Part shown: positions 42,970-57,267 of the stretch, piece by piece
How positions within the stretch are numbered: position 1 is the first letter of the stretch
Layout of the letters: each line of letters begins with the position of its first letter
Assembly (NCBI GenBank): GCA_051294375.1
Contig: CM119264.1
Coordinates: 17,062,278-17,126,277 of the forward strand
Reading direction: 5' to 3'
DNA from: Paraspadella gotoi
Taxonomy: Eukaryota; Animalia; Chaetognatha
DNA length: 64,000 nt
The notes under the pieces: generated by a model
What the model was told of the DNA's origin: nothing
Database searches by the model: none
Seen by the model: only the letters and a program-made list of their open reading frames with translations
Made by a program: the position numbers and the translations under genes

Positions 42970-43775
42970 AACATTTTTACAGAAAAGAAAAAGTCGATTT
43001 TTGTGATTTGATTCTGGTGGTATTTAACGTTTGAGATATCTAATTGAGAGTTAGAAGAAAGCTTACAATGAAAAATTATAAGAGAAAAGAGAAGAGAGAA
43101 GACACATAAAAAAGTAAAGAGAGAAATTTTGATTGTTTTGATGAGAGAAAAGATTAGAGTGAATGAAAGACTGTTCCGATCACCCGAAATTTTAAACAAC
43201 CTCGATGGATGTTATTTGCAGAGAGTGAATTTAACGTTTTTATTTCTTTTTTCTGTTTAGTGATATACGTTTTTCCGTTGGTTTTATTAGAAATTTTTTA
43301 TCTCTTTTACATGTGAGGAAAAGGATTTTCTTTGTTTTTTGAGGATGATTAATCGACTTGTGGAAAAATACTCGTGATCTGCCGCTGTATTAGATTTTTT
43401 ATCCATTGTGATTTACGTATGTAGAAAAAGTACGTTTATCGTGTTTTTTTATGAAGTGTATGTGTAACATTGGAAAAGAACTAGTTGCAATTTTTTTTTT
43501 AAAACGGTTGGGATATTTCTTGGATTTTGAGATTGAAAAAATTCATTTTCTGATTATTTTTAAAGTTTTCATATCTTTTTACAGAGAAAAAGTCGTTCTT
43601 GTGTATTTTAACGTTTTATCTTTTTGAGGAGTGAGAGAAAGCTAATAAAATTTAAAAGGAGAAAGAGAGAAAAGAGACATTAAAAATAAAAAGAGAGATA
43701 ATTTGTTGGTTTTGATAAGATATTAATAGAACTGTGCACGTGACCCAATTTTTAACGAGCACCTCGAGATGGATA
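42970..43775 (+). repeat. Degenerate ~230 bp direct repeat pair (42970-43210 and 43570-43775)
   Basis: Shared ordered motifs: ttttacaga...gaaaaagtcg...tttaacgttt...gaaagct...actgt...acctcga..ggat. Confidence 0.65.
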
Positions 43776-43955
43776 TGCCAGAAGGTATTAACCGGATATC
43801 TTTTCCGACTTAGAAAAGATTTACCCGATGTACCGGATGAGAGAAAGGAAAGAGAAAGAGTATAGAAAATATAAATGAAATAAGATAACTGATAGTAGAT
43901 ATACAAATGATAAGAGGGGACATGATAGAGGTCTGTATAAAATATAGTTCTCCTG

Positions 43956-44008
<53 letters not shown>

Positions 44009-45125
44009 TTGTGGATATAGATTTCCATCGTCTGATTCCGATCGAAGTCTTATGACCGAGGGATCGCTTATTCTTCATCTCCGAAGCTCGGCGCGGGGCG
44101 GGCGATTGCGAGTCAGGGAGTGGAGGCAAAAGGGGTACAATCGGAAAAATGGGGGAGAGGGTCCCTAGTTTCTTGAAAGCTAATCATGGTAAAAATCACC
44201 GTAAAAAACAGTGAAAGGAAATGTATGATAACCAAAAACGAAAATGGCTCAAGCTGCAGTGAAAGCCGTGAACGTTGGGCGTTAAAACGTTGATCTGATT
44301 GTGAAGAACTAGAGTTACATTAAAATGTAATATACTTAACCTAACACTGATCGTATCGCTAGTTTATTATTTTGTTGTAAATATTTATAAATAAATGAAA
44401 GACCGGAGGCCAAAGTCTGTGAGGAAACCAAACCGATTAAAAACCTCGTCACGATCAGTGTTACTTCTTAAGAAGTTCGTAAAGTGAATGAATTGAACGA
44501 TTGAACGCGAAACTGGAAAGAATCATGAAAAGTGACTGAATGCGAAAGATAGTGCCAACTACTATAACAAAGAGGAACTAGAGAGAGCGAGAGAGCGAAC
44601 GCGTGAGACAGAGTCAGAGAATGTGTCGAAAGAGCGGTGGGAGACTATGAGGAAAAAAAAACGCGGAGCGACGAAGATGACCCGCGATGGGCAGTTGGTG
44701 AGTTTGGCAGAGATGGTGTCGCCCGGGAGGGGTTGGTGGAGGGGGATTAGGGGGCTGGAGAGACGAGGGAAAAGCGAAGAAAGTGAGTTCAACCCAGAGT
44801 AACGTGGGTACCATGACTTTGTTTTTGTTTTTATTCGCAATTCGCCACAGGGGGTCAAGGATGAGAAGGAACGAGGTTAACCGGGTCTACTGATGACTCA
44901 TAGATATTCACTTCTTGCGTTACTAGCTTCGCTTTGGACTTGATTGAAAATTTTACTTTATGATATAGTTTCAGTACTCTTTCAGGTTCAAAACTCGACA
45001 CTATGTATACACCTTTTTAATGGTGGAAAGATGATTAAGAGAGGGTAACTGATTAACTTAACTGATTTTTCCCGGCGAAAGAAGAAGATGATGGTCTAAC
45101 AATAACAAATTATAATGTATATAAA

Positions 45126-45140
45126 NNNNNNNNNNNNNNN
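45126..45140. other. Assembly gap (15 N)
   Basis: Run of n. Confidence 1.
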
Positions 45141-46866
45141 GAAGAGAGAGAGAGAGAGTGAGAGAGAGAGAATAAAACCAGTTAATTGGCCAAATGTCGA
45201 ATCTGTACGTATAATCAATCGTAGCTTTTTCATTAACTTGATAACAACCACATCCGCCTGGAATGTCATCGTCCTCATCTCTCGACGCCCGATCGCTCGT
45301 TTGGAGTGAGACCTCGTTAGATCTCGAGTGTGGGCGGCAATGGATTGCCAAGGATTGTCTCTACTTATAAAGTCTTGCCCGGTTTTTTTTTTCGAGAGTG
45401 AGAGGCGGCGGAGCGCAACGCGACGAGGCGGAACGTCGCGAAGCCGCGAGTGCAAAAGTGCGTGTCGCGGGAAATGCCAGCGCGCGCGTGCGTGCCAAAA
45501 TGATATTGAGTAAACTGGTTTGCGGTTGTATATCTCGTTTTGCCCATTAACTAACGCTATTGTCTGGCGCTAACCGTAATTTTAGTTAATGAATATAATT
45601 TTATGAAAATTTTCAAATTACTTAATGAATATAATTTTATTATTTTAACTTTGTCTTAAATTAGTCAATTGTCATGAATAGATGGAATAAGCGCGCTAAA
45701 TAGTGGAAAGACGGTTAAGGCTCACTGAGGCTGCGTTACGAAGAAAAAGAGAAGAGAAGAGAAAAACGAGTTATTACGACGGAGTGAAGGCTGGTTGTCT
45801 ATGGGCGAGGCCGAGTAGCGCCCATTGGAGCGAAAGTCGGACCTTCAAGTCCGAGGTCGTTTGAAAAGAAAGAAAAAAAAAAGATGAAAAGAGAATTCTC
45901 TCTTGAGAAAAAAAAAAGAAAAAGAGAGAGAGACAGATAGATAGAGAGCTCAATTTAACAATAACCCTTTAAAGTTGGTTTAATTTTGTTCCTGAATACT
46001 TTTTTCGTTCCCCCGGTGCTCAATCCCCAAATCACAGTCTTCAATTTAACCCATCGGAAACGGAAAGCGACTCCATATCGAAAATAGTAACATTTTTGGT
46101 TATCGCTCACTCACATTAATTGAAATCGCTCCAACGGACATCTCCACCGACCGGTGGCAAAACCCATTGACCCTAATCTCACACATTGCCGTCCCATTCC
46201 ATTTATGTTTAACATCTGCCACGCCTGGAGATTCCTTGAGATGATTCAATCTATATTATACAATCTCGTCGTAATAAGTCGGGACCGAGCAAGATATAGT
46301 GATAGGTCTTTTTCTGTTTTTAAACCTTTTCGATTGCGTATTCTGAAAAATAATAAAATAATAAAAAACCCAAAAAAAATTGATACAAAAAGTTGCCATA
46401 ACTTTCTGATATTTAGTCACGTTTTTCCGACACTTTTTGAACATTTTTTTTTATCCAAAATTTAATTTCTTTTGTAATACTGATTTTCAAACCCGATCCG
46501 ATTGACTTCTTTTTTTTTCTCCCCAAGATATTCTTTTCTTAACTGTATTATAGTCTTACACTTTTCTTTTCATTTTTCCCGCGTTCACTTTTCCCGTTTG
46601 AAATTCCTTTTTACTTTCTCCCTCCTTTTCTCCTTTCTTCAAATCGTCTCCCTCTCTTCGTCTTCCGACTTCGCTCTTCTTTCGTCCGTCCAAAATTGAA
46701 TCTCTTTCCGGGCGCCTGAGTCGATTCATCCCTTTTCTCCTTTCCCTAACCAATTTTGTTTTCTTCAGTCTCCTCCCACCTATCCTTTCCCTTTTTTTTG
46801 GTATCGACTCTTTCTTCCATGTTATTTTTTCTTAGAAATTTCTTTTCTCTCTCTCTCTCTATCTCT

Positions 46867-46908
<42 letters not shown>

Positions 46909-46912
46909 CTCT

Positions 46913-46959
<47 letters not shown>

Positions 46960-48822
46960 CCTTCGTTCCTCCTTCGGCGGCCTGCATCTAAGTCTATTCT
47001 TTTCTTCTTCCTTCCCTTCGCCTTCTTGGTCGGGTGAGGAACGACGCCATTGGCGCGCCAAGCGTCATTACCTTTCCTAATCAAATCTCATTCTCCGGCG
47101 CAAATTAGATAACACGGTCCACCGCTTTTCTCGGACCCGACAGAGGGAGACGCGATCCCGTGCTTCGCGCCATTCCCTCTTGCCTCCTCCTTGTCAAGGG
47201 CTTGCTACGTTCACTTGACTCGGATTTGCTACGGAAACAAAAGAAGAATTCCATCTAACGAGTAACTACATATTTACAAAAGACATGATTCCCACGTTTT
47301 CAATATCAATATCATAAAGAAAATATTACCGTTCGCCTCTCGCTGACAAAAAGTATCTCGAAACAACATTTTTTTTTCTTTAATGAAAAAAAAAAACTAG
47401 CGCAAAGTAATCTGTAAACAACCGACTTTATTTTTCAGTTTCTATGAAATACCGAAGTTTTATAAAACTAAGCAAAATAAACCTAAAAACAGTAGACAAA
47501 AAAAACAAACAAACCAGAGCCCAGAAGGCTTTAAAAATAAAACTAAAAGCAAAACGTTCATGATTATTACTCCAGGAAAACCATTTATCTCATCAGTTAT
47601 ATTCACTATTTCAATTTCTTTTTCCCTATTTCTCTCTCAAAAAAAATCTTCTTCTATCGTTTTCTACCTCAGTCTTTTTCTTACGTCGCGTCATAAAGAT
47701 ACAGCGTCACGGGGGGCAGGTTTTAATCCCACGCGTTCCTCCCACATCCGGTACCTCCCACATCCTGGCGCATTAACTCTGGATTCTGACGCCGATAAAA
47801 AACTCGCGGATGATTGGAAAGAAGCGATAAAGGTATTTTCTTGGCTGCGAACATGACGGCTTGTCTGCGAAGGTAACAGTAGATTGGTCGATTGTGTGCA
47901 ATCTAGTTGACGATGGGACGAGTATGTAGAGAACTTGGAGTCGGAAAGTGATGAAAGAACAAAGCAGTGAACTCAGCTGGAGAAACCGTTTATTTGTTTG
48001 AAAAGAGAAAGGACTGGTTTGCAATAAGCTGCCCCTTAATCAATCCATCCGTATATATTAATTCAATATCCACCGATTCAGCTATCCATCCATCCACACA
48101 TATATCCAAAAAGGCGGAACAAGGGAAAATCTAACAGTTCTGTAATATAAATAACGTTAGGACATTCCTCTGGAGTAACGAAATTTAAAAAAATTTTTAA
48201 GATTTTATGTATAGTTATTAGTTAGTTAATAACATAAAAGCAATTAAAGTTTTTCATAAAAATAAAATAAAACCCATAAATTTTTTTTTCAATTAAAATT
48301 TTTTATAAACAGATTTTGGTATTAATATTATTACAAGAATTTTAAATATTTATGTTTTTTTTGCTGATTTTTAAGGGTTTTTCTCTTATTTAACAAACTT
48401 ATTATCGAAATATTGAAAAACAAATTATACTTTGTTTAGACAAATTTTTATGGGCTATCTAAATCCGTTCTTAAAAAAAAAATTCATTGCCCATATATTC
48501 ATGAATTTTTAAATGATTTAACGTGCTTCACTAGTTTAAAAACTGATAGTAAATATTAATCAAGTATACGATGGACAAATAAATTTCATATTACAGAACT
48601 CTCAATGATAAAAAGTGATCAATTTTGGGCCGCCTTTCTATCCAACTTTATTCCTCCGTCTCCTTTCCGGGATCCCGTTTCCTTCCTTTCTCGAGTCGCC
48701 TTCCGTCTTTGTCTCGGTTCACCTCTTTTCTTTTTGCCGACTTTTCTTCATTGTCCTTGGAGTTCTTCTCGTCCTTCCAGTTAATCTCTTTGCTTCTTGT
48801 TCTTCACGCAACTATTCTCCTT

Positions 48823-48912
<90 letters not shown>

Positions 48913-50309
48913 TTTCATTGTCTTTCGGTTTTCTCGTCTCGTCTTGCTCCGTTATCGCTTTTCCCGCTTTTGTTCCCCGCTTTTTTTTCCTTCCGTTTAC
49001 ACAGTTTGCGTCGTCCGGACTCTTTTCACGTTGTTAGTGAAAAGTTGTTCTCCCCAAAGATGCTTTTTTTCCCTTTCAACCGCGTATAAACTTTTTTTTT
49101 ATCAGTTTGTATAGATGTTCAAAATTTAATCAAATTTTCGTTTGTTTGTTAAAGATTATTTAAGTCCTTTTTAATGTTTCAACCTTCACGTTTTCATTTT
49201 CTTTCCTACTCAGTTTCTTTTTCTTTGTGTGTTTTTTTTTTCAGTTCCTTTTATCCGATTCTCCATCGTTTTTTATCCTTTTATCTCCCTCGTTCTCAAT
49301 TATTCTTTTCTCTCTTTCGCTTTTTTAACTCCCTTTTTCTTCTTTTTCCTCCATTCCCCGTTCGGGCTAAAGTCACGCGCTCTGTTTTCTAAACCTCTTT
49401 TTTTCTTGTCTCTTTCCTTCAATGAATGTTTCACTCAGACAGGAACCCCGGAACTCTCCACGAGTTGGATTTTAAACGTATGAAAAGTATAAGGATCTTT
49501 CAAAATTAAAGAACTAAGTTTAAATTAGTTCAAAATAGTTATCACCGTACTTCGAAAGCCTTGTTTCTGCTTTATCGCACGCAAATTCGCGCGCCGACCG
49601 CACGTGGTATCATTTCGAAGAGGGAAGAATATTTCAACGTCGTCCCGCGTCGCGCCAACCAAATATTAAAATTAATAAGTAAACGCGACGACGTGCGTTC
49701 TCGCGCGATGGTCAAAAGCCTAGAAACTAGAGGGCAGAAATGAAGGGGAGGAGGCAAATGGGAGAGAGATTTTAGGGAAAAGGAAAAAGAGATAAAGTTA
49801 TGGAAGAATTGGAACCAAACTTCAGGGTCGAGTGGAAATACTTCTTATATCGCTGCCTTAAATCTTTCAGATGAACATCATTTCAATTAATCTCGATTTA
49901 AAAAAATAGTTTTGCTCGAATACTGATTTTAATTTCACCTTGAACTCATTTGAGTATTTTTAAGCTCGGCTGAAGAGTGAAAACATTTTAAGTTGGAAGG
50001 GGGAAACAGAAAAAATAAATTAAAAATATGAGACAGACATTCAGACAGATAGACGCACACACAAAAGACAAGAGAAAGGAGAAAGAGTCCCGAAAACCAT
50101 TTATCTAAGGAAGGACTCATCACCGCCACAATTAAAAAGAAATGTTCTGCGATAGATTTTTTCGCTTTGGAAAGAAAGAAAACGAGTAAAGTGGTGGAGG
50201 GAGATGGAGAGAAAGAAAAGGGGGAGAGAGTTGAGAAAGGGTGGTGGATGCTGCTTACACGCAGCTACCGACGAAATAGAAGTGAAAGAGAAAAAGGAAA
50301 GGGAACCAT

Positions 50310-50334
50310 GGGGATTGGGGATTGGGGATTGGGG
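50310..50334 (+). repeat. (GGGGATT)3GGGG heptamer array
   Basis: Directly visible. Confidence 0.9.
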
Positions 50335-50853
50335 AAGAAGGAAAAAGAAGCCTGCGATGAAGAAGGAGAATTTGAAAGCGGGAAGGAGAAAGAGAATTGT
50401 GATAATAATGAGAAAAGGGGAGAAGGTAAAACCGTTTAATTGTTTGAGAAGCTAGAATTTCGTGAATCATTTTCATTTTGTTAAAATGAGCTAAAGTTGA
50501 GCCTAAAGGGTGGATCATTTGGTCTAATTTCGTTGTCGTCGTCGAACGACGAAGGCAAAGACGAAAACGACGATAGGGACGACGACGTGGACTCGTTTAA
50601 AAAATTTCCTCCGAAACTCATAATCGGAATAAATGGAGTGAATTCACCGGAGAGAGATGCAAACTACCGACTCACATATTCGCTCAGCACCGACGTCTTG
50701 TTGTCACGGGTCACCGCATTCACCACTTCGAAATGGCAAAATTCAGAAAAGCAGAAATCAGGAAATCATATGATGGCAAAATTTCACGGCCCATTTTTTA
50801 CGGTGATAGAGGAAGACGCCTGGATGGAGCGGGAGGAGACGCGCCAGCGGAGC

Positions 50854-50924
<71 letters not shown>

Positions 50925-51681
50925 GGTGACGCGTAAGCAAAAGTTGCGAGAATAGGATCCGTGGGACGAGATTTTACTTCATAGAGCAAAAATGGGAGTT
51001 ACAGCTAAAGTTAAAAGTATTATTTTTATTTAAATTTTATTTATGTATATTGGCTGCGAAAGAAGGGAGTTAATGATTTTATAGAATAAAGGATTAATTT
51101 TAGATTTATAGATAAAGATATTCCAGTTCAGTGTAAAAAGTCGTCCCAAACTGAAACTTTCTTTTTCTCGTTATGAAGTAAAAGACAGGACGTCATACCT
51201 TTTTATCTACATTTTTGGAGGATTAGCAGATACAATCACGGTTATAAATGGTAAATAAATCCGTTCTCATCGACACTTCTGGTCATGAATTAGCACTTCC
51301 GGTCACGAATTGCACATCCTGTTTCTCAATTTCGCGCCTTTCCGATCAAGTTACTCTCTCGAGGGATCACGTGATTTGGCAACGCAGACGCCGAATGGCT
51401 TTTCGTCTCATCCAATTCCGCTTACCCTTACCTTTATCCCTACCTTCTTTTTTTTCCCACTCAGCGTATCATCAGTTTTGCCCCAGGCCTTAAAGACAAT
51501 TTTCAAGAAATTTTTTTAGAAGAATCAACAAATTTGTTTGGCAACAACGATGGTTTATTTATATTTGGGACATCTTTCGACTTTTTATTTGCAAGTCTTC
51601 ATCAACGCTCATTAACAGATTTATGAATTTACAAAATTTTTTATTTCAAAAATAATGTGTGTGTGTGTGTGTGTGTTGTGA

Positions 51682-51764
<83 letters not shown>

Positions 51765-53190
51765 CAATATTTTTTTTTAAATTCATTAAATTTATATTAC
51801 CAAAAATTATTATTATCAGTATATGATACTTAATTCCTTATACACTTAATTTCTTAACGGTTCAAAGAGTTTTCCCGTCCAGATTCTCGTTCCATCAGTT
51901 CATCGTTTTCACGCTCACCCTTCATCCCTTTTCTTCTTCAACCTCGCCTCTTCAAGCTGCCAAAAGTCATCCGTTGGACGTTTGGCGGGACCTCGCCGCT
52001 TTTCGCGAGAGAGTTAGAGAGAGAGACAGTAAGATAGAGAGGAGAAAGAAAAAAACGAGCCCCTTTTTCGCTGTTAATTGTTTTTCGTCTTCTAAGCCTT
52101 CGTTTCTTGGAGCGAGAGAGAGAGAGAGCGAGTGCGTTTTAGTTTTTTCAGCCAGCCGAGGTTGAGATTCATATTAAAACCACGGATCTTTCTCGATGAT
52201 AAAAACAAAAATTAAATAGAAATCATAAAATAATATATATATATATAATATATTGGTTGTACCAATTTCATAAGAAATAGATAAAACCAAAATTTGTTTA
52301 GTTGCGTAGCGAGAATTCGCGAAGCAACGTCCATACATCCATCCGTCTATCCTTCCCACGTCAATCGATGATTCGAATATATTATATAATATATACTTTT
52401 GTGATAATCCTTTCGTTTGTTGTTTAAAATAGAGTAAAGGAAAAACGAAATTTTTTCGCGCCCTAACAACATTTATTTTTATGTTCATGTTTATGTTCAT
52501 GTTTATGTTTATCTTCATCAGCATTGATGAAGACTCGAAAACTAGAGTCGAAACTTGTCCAATGTCCATTACATAAAAATAAATGTTGTTAAAGCGCGAA
52601 AAAATTTCGTTTTTCCTTTATAATATATACTATATAAAACACCTAGTATATGTTGGAATTCTGCATTAGTGCCTCCCGTTCACCCTCGTTATATAACGAA
52701 CTTCTCCATACAAATGCCTTACCCGAATCCCCTTGCAAAAAGTTACGAATGTCGAAGCCCGAACAGAATAGAAAGGGAGTGAATGTCGAGTGGGCGTGGC
52801 GCGTTCGGCGACGCGAAATGAAACAAGGGGCGTGGAGGGTGATTACCGCCGCTTCGCTCCGCCGGTTAGAGAGCTGAGGATTTCTTTCACTTTTTAAAAA
52901 TAGCCGGTGTGGCCTTCGGGAACTTTCTCTTTGACAACTAGCACGTTTATGCATTTTATGGCCAATTGTATGACGCGACTCCGAACATTTGGCTAATAAG
53001 TCACAAAAGATAACTTACTCATAAGTTACGAATTTAGTCGTACCTTGTTGTACCTTTTTTTTTTCCTCAATAACGCTTCCGTTTTGTTCGATTTGAATTC
53101 GAAAAAAAAAAGGAGAAAAAAAAAAGGACGAATCTTTGGCGGAGGAAAATCGGAAGGGTCTCCACACTTGATACCGCATGCAGACATCAT

Positions 53191-53227
<37 letters not shown>

Positions 53228-53292
53228 GTGAGGAAGGGGAAGATAAAAAATGATGGATTGGCTCGAAAGGGTAGAGGATGCGTCGGGGTCCC

Positions 53293-53329
<37 letters not shown>

Positions 53330-54545
53330 CGCGACGACAGCGGCGGTTCAGGGGAAGACGACAAAAATTCCGAAGACCGGTGGACAGTTGGTGGAGAGGA
53401 AACTGGTGAAGATGAATGCTTTTCCAGTTTACGTTTTTAAATCAGAGTTTGTAACTTTAAAATGCCCAGTGGGTATTGCCCACTCGATGACATATTTTGA
53501 AACCCCAGCCCAAGAAGGAAGCAAATCTAAAATGTTATAATGTTAATACCTGACGGAGAAAGAGGGTAAGTAATAATTGCCCAGTCTTTTTTTTTTTTTT
53601 ACATACATTGAACACTTGGTCACCAGAGTCGACATTTCTGAGTCGTTTTTTAAGTTCGTCCTGATTAAGATTTCAAGATTTACTGAAAAGGACTAACGCA
53701 ACAGTGCTTTTTCTTGGCTGAAAACTGAAACAGAACCCCGACCGGCTCGCAGCCATAAAGGCTTTTTTTCCCAGGCGCCCTTTTTGGCGACGAGCTTTTC
53801 CTCGGAAAAATTTTCGGCCCAAAAATAGATTTCGATCCATCATTTTCATGTCTCTTCAGATTCTGCCAGCGAGGGATACAAACATCCCGAGACCAATTTG
53901 TTACCTATCTTTCGTATTCTTTCTATATTTTAATTTTAATTTCATGTAAATTTGTTAGAGAGGCGATATTTTATGCAAAGTCTTTTAAAGAAAATCAATT
54001 TTGAATTTTTATTAAAGATTACCGACCAAACAGACTTTTTAAAGATAATCTGTCCGTTAATGACAAAGAGAATCGCGTAGGAGCGGAGGTGAGAGAACAC
54101 AGCAGGTTGAGGCGGTAAAATATCTCGTAAAATTCCTCCCAGACCCACAACGCCCTAATTTAGTTTTTAAAAAAACCCGTTTTAATCAATTAAAGGTTTT
54201 TAATGGGAAGTTGACTTCCATCATTCACTCCGCTGAATTCGTATTTGGCTTCTCGGTTTTGTCTTTTTTTTTTAAAATGAACATTGAACATGAATTTGTT
54301 TTTAAATGGCTCAATTTCTTACTCAAATATGAACGAAAAATAAATTTGAACGAAATATATTTATAATATTGCTACATAAGTAATCTTAAAAAAGAAAAGG
54401 CTTCATTTGGTAAGTTTAATTTATCTAGAGCATTAAAAATATATTTTAAGTATTTCGAATATTTCAATCTGGACCGTAAGCTGGTTTTCATGACTTTTAT
54501 AAACTGTGACTGTAATACTTTTAATTTCCACACTTTCTCTCTCTC

Positions 54546-54594
<49 letters not shown>

Positions 54595-54651
54595 CCTCTT
54601 TCTCGCTCTTTCTTTCTTTCTAAGTCACTCACTCTTTGTCCGGTCGGCTCT

Positions 54652-54778
54652 AATCATCATACTCTTCATCATGATCATCATCACCATCAACAACAACAAG
54701 ATTTAAATCATCATAATCATCCTTATCATCATCCACACCATCATCATCATCATCTTCATCATCATCATCATCTTCATC

Positions 54779-54815
<37 letters not shown>
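54652..54815 (+). repeat. Imperfect (CAT)n trinucleotide microsatellite
   Basis: Directly visible. Confidence 0.92.
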
Positions 54816-54816
<1 letters not shown>

Positions 54817-55067
54817 TATTTCTGGCGTAGTCATCTCGTTCATTCTCATAAAGAAATCCTTTGTTTATACAGAACCGACGAAATTGTTTTGAAAAATCGT
54901 AAGTGAATTGAAATGGGGAAATTTGTCGAGTGAGAAAAATGTGTTTACATTCCGTTTCAAAGAGAGAGTTCTGGTCGGAGAGAGATCGTTAATATTCACA
55001 GTAGAGGAGCCGTTTTCCAGATTTTCAGTGTATCAGTGCGAGGAAAGAGGGAGAACTGGAGAAGAGA

Positions 55068-55240
55068 GAGGAAGAGGGAGGAGTCAGAGGAAGAGGGAGG
55101 AGACAGAGGAAGAGGGAGAAGAGAGAGGAAGAGGGAGAAGAGAGAGGAAGAGGGAGGAGACAGAGGAAGAGGGAGAAGAGAGAGAAAGAGGGAGAAGAGA
55201 GAGGAAGAGGGAGGAGACAGAGAAAGAGGGAGAAGAGAGA
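55068..55240 (+). repeat. Polypurine 19-bp minisatellite with a 57-bp higher-order period
   Basis: About 9 units of gaggaagagggag(g/a)aga(c/g)a, with endings in an aca-aga-aga rhythm. Confidence 0.85.
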
Positions 55241-57267
55241 GGCGTGCAAAAATGATAGAGGAGGAAACGAGAGAAAAGTTGGAAAAACTTTGTGCTGTTT
55301 TTAATTGTCAATTATGAATAATAAGGATTGCTTACGCCGGATTTATTACTAAAAGGTTTTTTTAGTTTTTTTTTTTTCTAAATTTTTACTTCGATCGATA
55401 TATTATAAGGAATACTTATTTTAGAGTAAATTTCAGAAACCAAAGAGAATGTTGTAAATGTCAGCCCGACCGTAAAATAATCATTCAGAACGTGAAATTG
55501 TTTTTATTCAACAGCGATGCAGTCCAATAGATAACGATCAAACCGGGGTACGCGGTACCCTGGTAGATATTGAAATGCTAATGATAATCGTGAATATAAT
55601 CAATATATTAAGCCACACATTTATGGATATAAGAGTGAAGCATCGTTAAGCTCCAAAACTTTAAACCATCGCTGATGATGCACCACGTAGCCTACCCAGG
55701 TTATCGACATCGCTCGTGCATTACTGTGGCACCTTCCGGTAAATCACTTTTTCAGGAAGGGCTTTAAGCCGACTGAGACGGACTCTCTGCTCAGGCTAAT
55801 GATTCTTAACTCTCAAGATAAATGGTAAAATTTCACGAGTCTTCATGAAACCTTCCTACTTTTTTTTTACGGCCAGATTTTCTGAGTAAAAAAAAAGCAA
55901 TTTTACAACTTTTTTTGTCTTTTTTCACCTTCCTTAATTTTATATTAAGGAAATGAATTTGATTATATTAACTAAATTACAAATATTCATTAGTAATTTA
56001 TTTAATTATTCTCTCAATGGAGGACCCAAAAATTTAATTATTTCGAATAAGTATGAATGTATAATGATATATTTCTTTTGAGTCTTTTACTTTAGTAACC
56101 AATAAAATCTAAAAAAAATTATCAGAATATTTTCCTGCCTTTTCGTCTTTCACTTTGGGTCTCCTCGCGCTCAGCATGAGCCGAGACGAGCCTTACCTTC
56201 TCTTACGATTTCGGTTCCGGTTTCTTCAATTTATTTCCATCGCTGCACAATATCTTTTCGCTCGAAATCTTTTGCGTTCTCATCACCACGCCGACACACC
56301 GTCGTCTCCCTCGCCTAGCAAATATCTCCGAAATTTTACCACCGTCACTTTACCACCCTAATTTTATCCCCCCCCGCCGCCGCGGTATCTTTTTCACAAA
56401 AGTGTTCACTTGTTTTTTTGACCAAATCGCTGATTTTTCTCTCTCGTCTAACTCCCAGTCCTTAACCAATGGCGCGATATTTCAGATTGTGTTCATTGTT
56501 CAGTGTTCAGTCAATGCTTCTAAAACTGATCAACCTTACTGTCTCTAGAACAGTCAGTCTCCTGTCTCGAAAATTTCCCATTTCAACAGTCAAAACTGAC
56601 CTCGGAATCAGCTTCGCTCCAAATTAATTCACGCTCTCTTAACTCGACCTCTTCCATTTACCTGCTAAAAATAATGAAAGAATATACATAATTAAGTTTT
56701 ATCAAATATTAATAGGATAGCAACATAACTTTTTATCATTCAATTTTCATGATTAAAAAGTTTACCAAACAATGATGTTTATATCTGCTTTATTTCTCCT
56801 CTGGAAAAAAAAATGATCCACTTTTTTTTTTTCAGTTTCACTCACAGTCTCTATTTTTAGATGCATGACACGGAATCTCAATGAGACTCGTTCCGTCGGT
56901 TTCTTTTTTCAATTTTTTCAGTTATAGGTCAATTTACACTATCGTCTCTCTCTTTTTCTCTTCAGCTTTCTCTCTCTTTTTCTCTCTTTAAGTAGCATAT
57001 ATCTAAAAACTACTAATAAAAAAAAATTAATAAAAACACGTACTCTCCTTATACTCTCTCGCACCTTCTCTCCACTCTTCTTCCTCCCCTCTCCACTAAG
57101 GCGTAGTGAAAGTTACATACGAAAATTCTAAAAGTCAATTATGAACAACATACCATCAGTGAACATTAATTTGTAAAAAAAAATAATTTTATGTTTTTTA
57201 ATTTTCGCAGTAGGCTATATTTATATATAGTACTAACCTTATAAAATCGAAAAATTTCAAAATAGGC

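Noticed and set aside
45810-45862. TCGGAC-CTTCAA-GTCCGA stem resembling a UCA anticodon arm (tRNA-Sec or tRNA-derived SINE)
   Set aside because: No T-arm (GTTCRA), no acceptor stem and the wrong loop size.
54490-54906. Histidine-rich 138-aa ORF
   Set aside because: Produced by adjacent (CT)n and (CAT)n repeats; no exon evidence.
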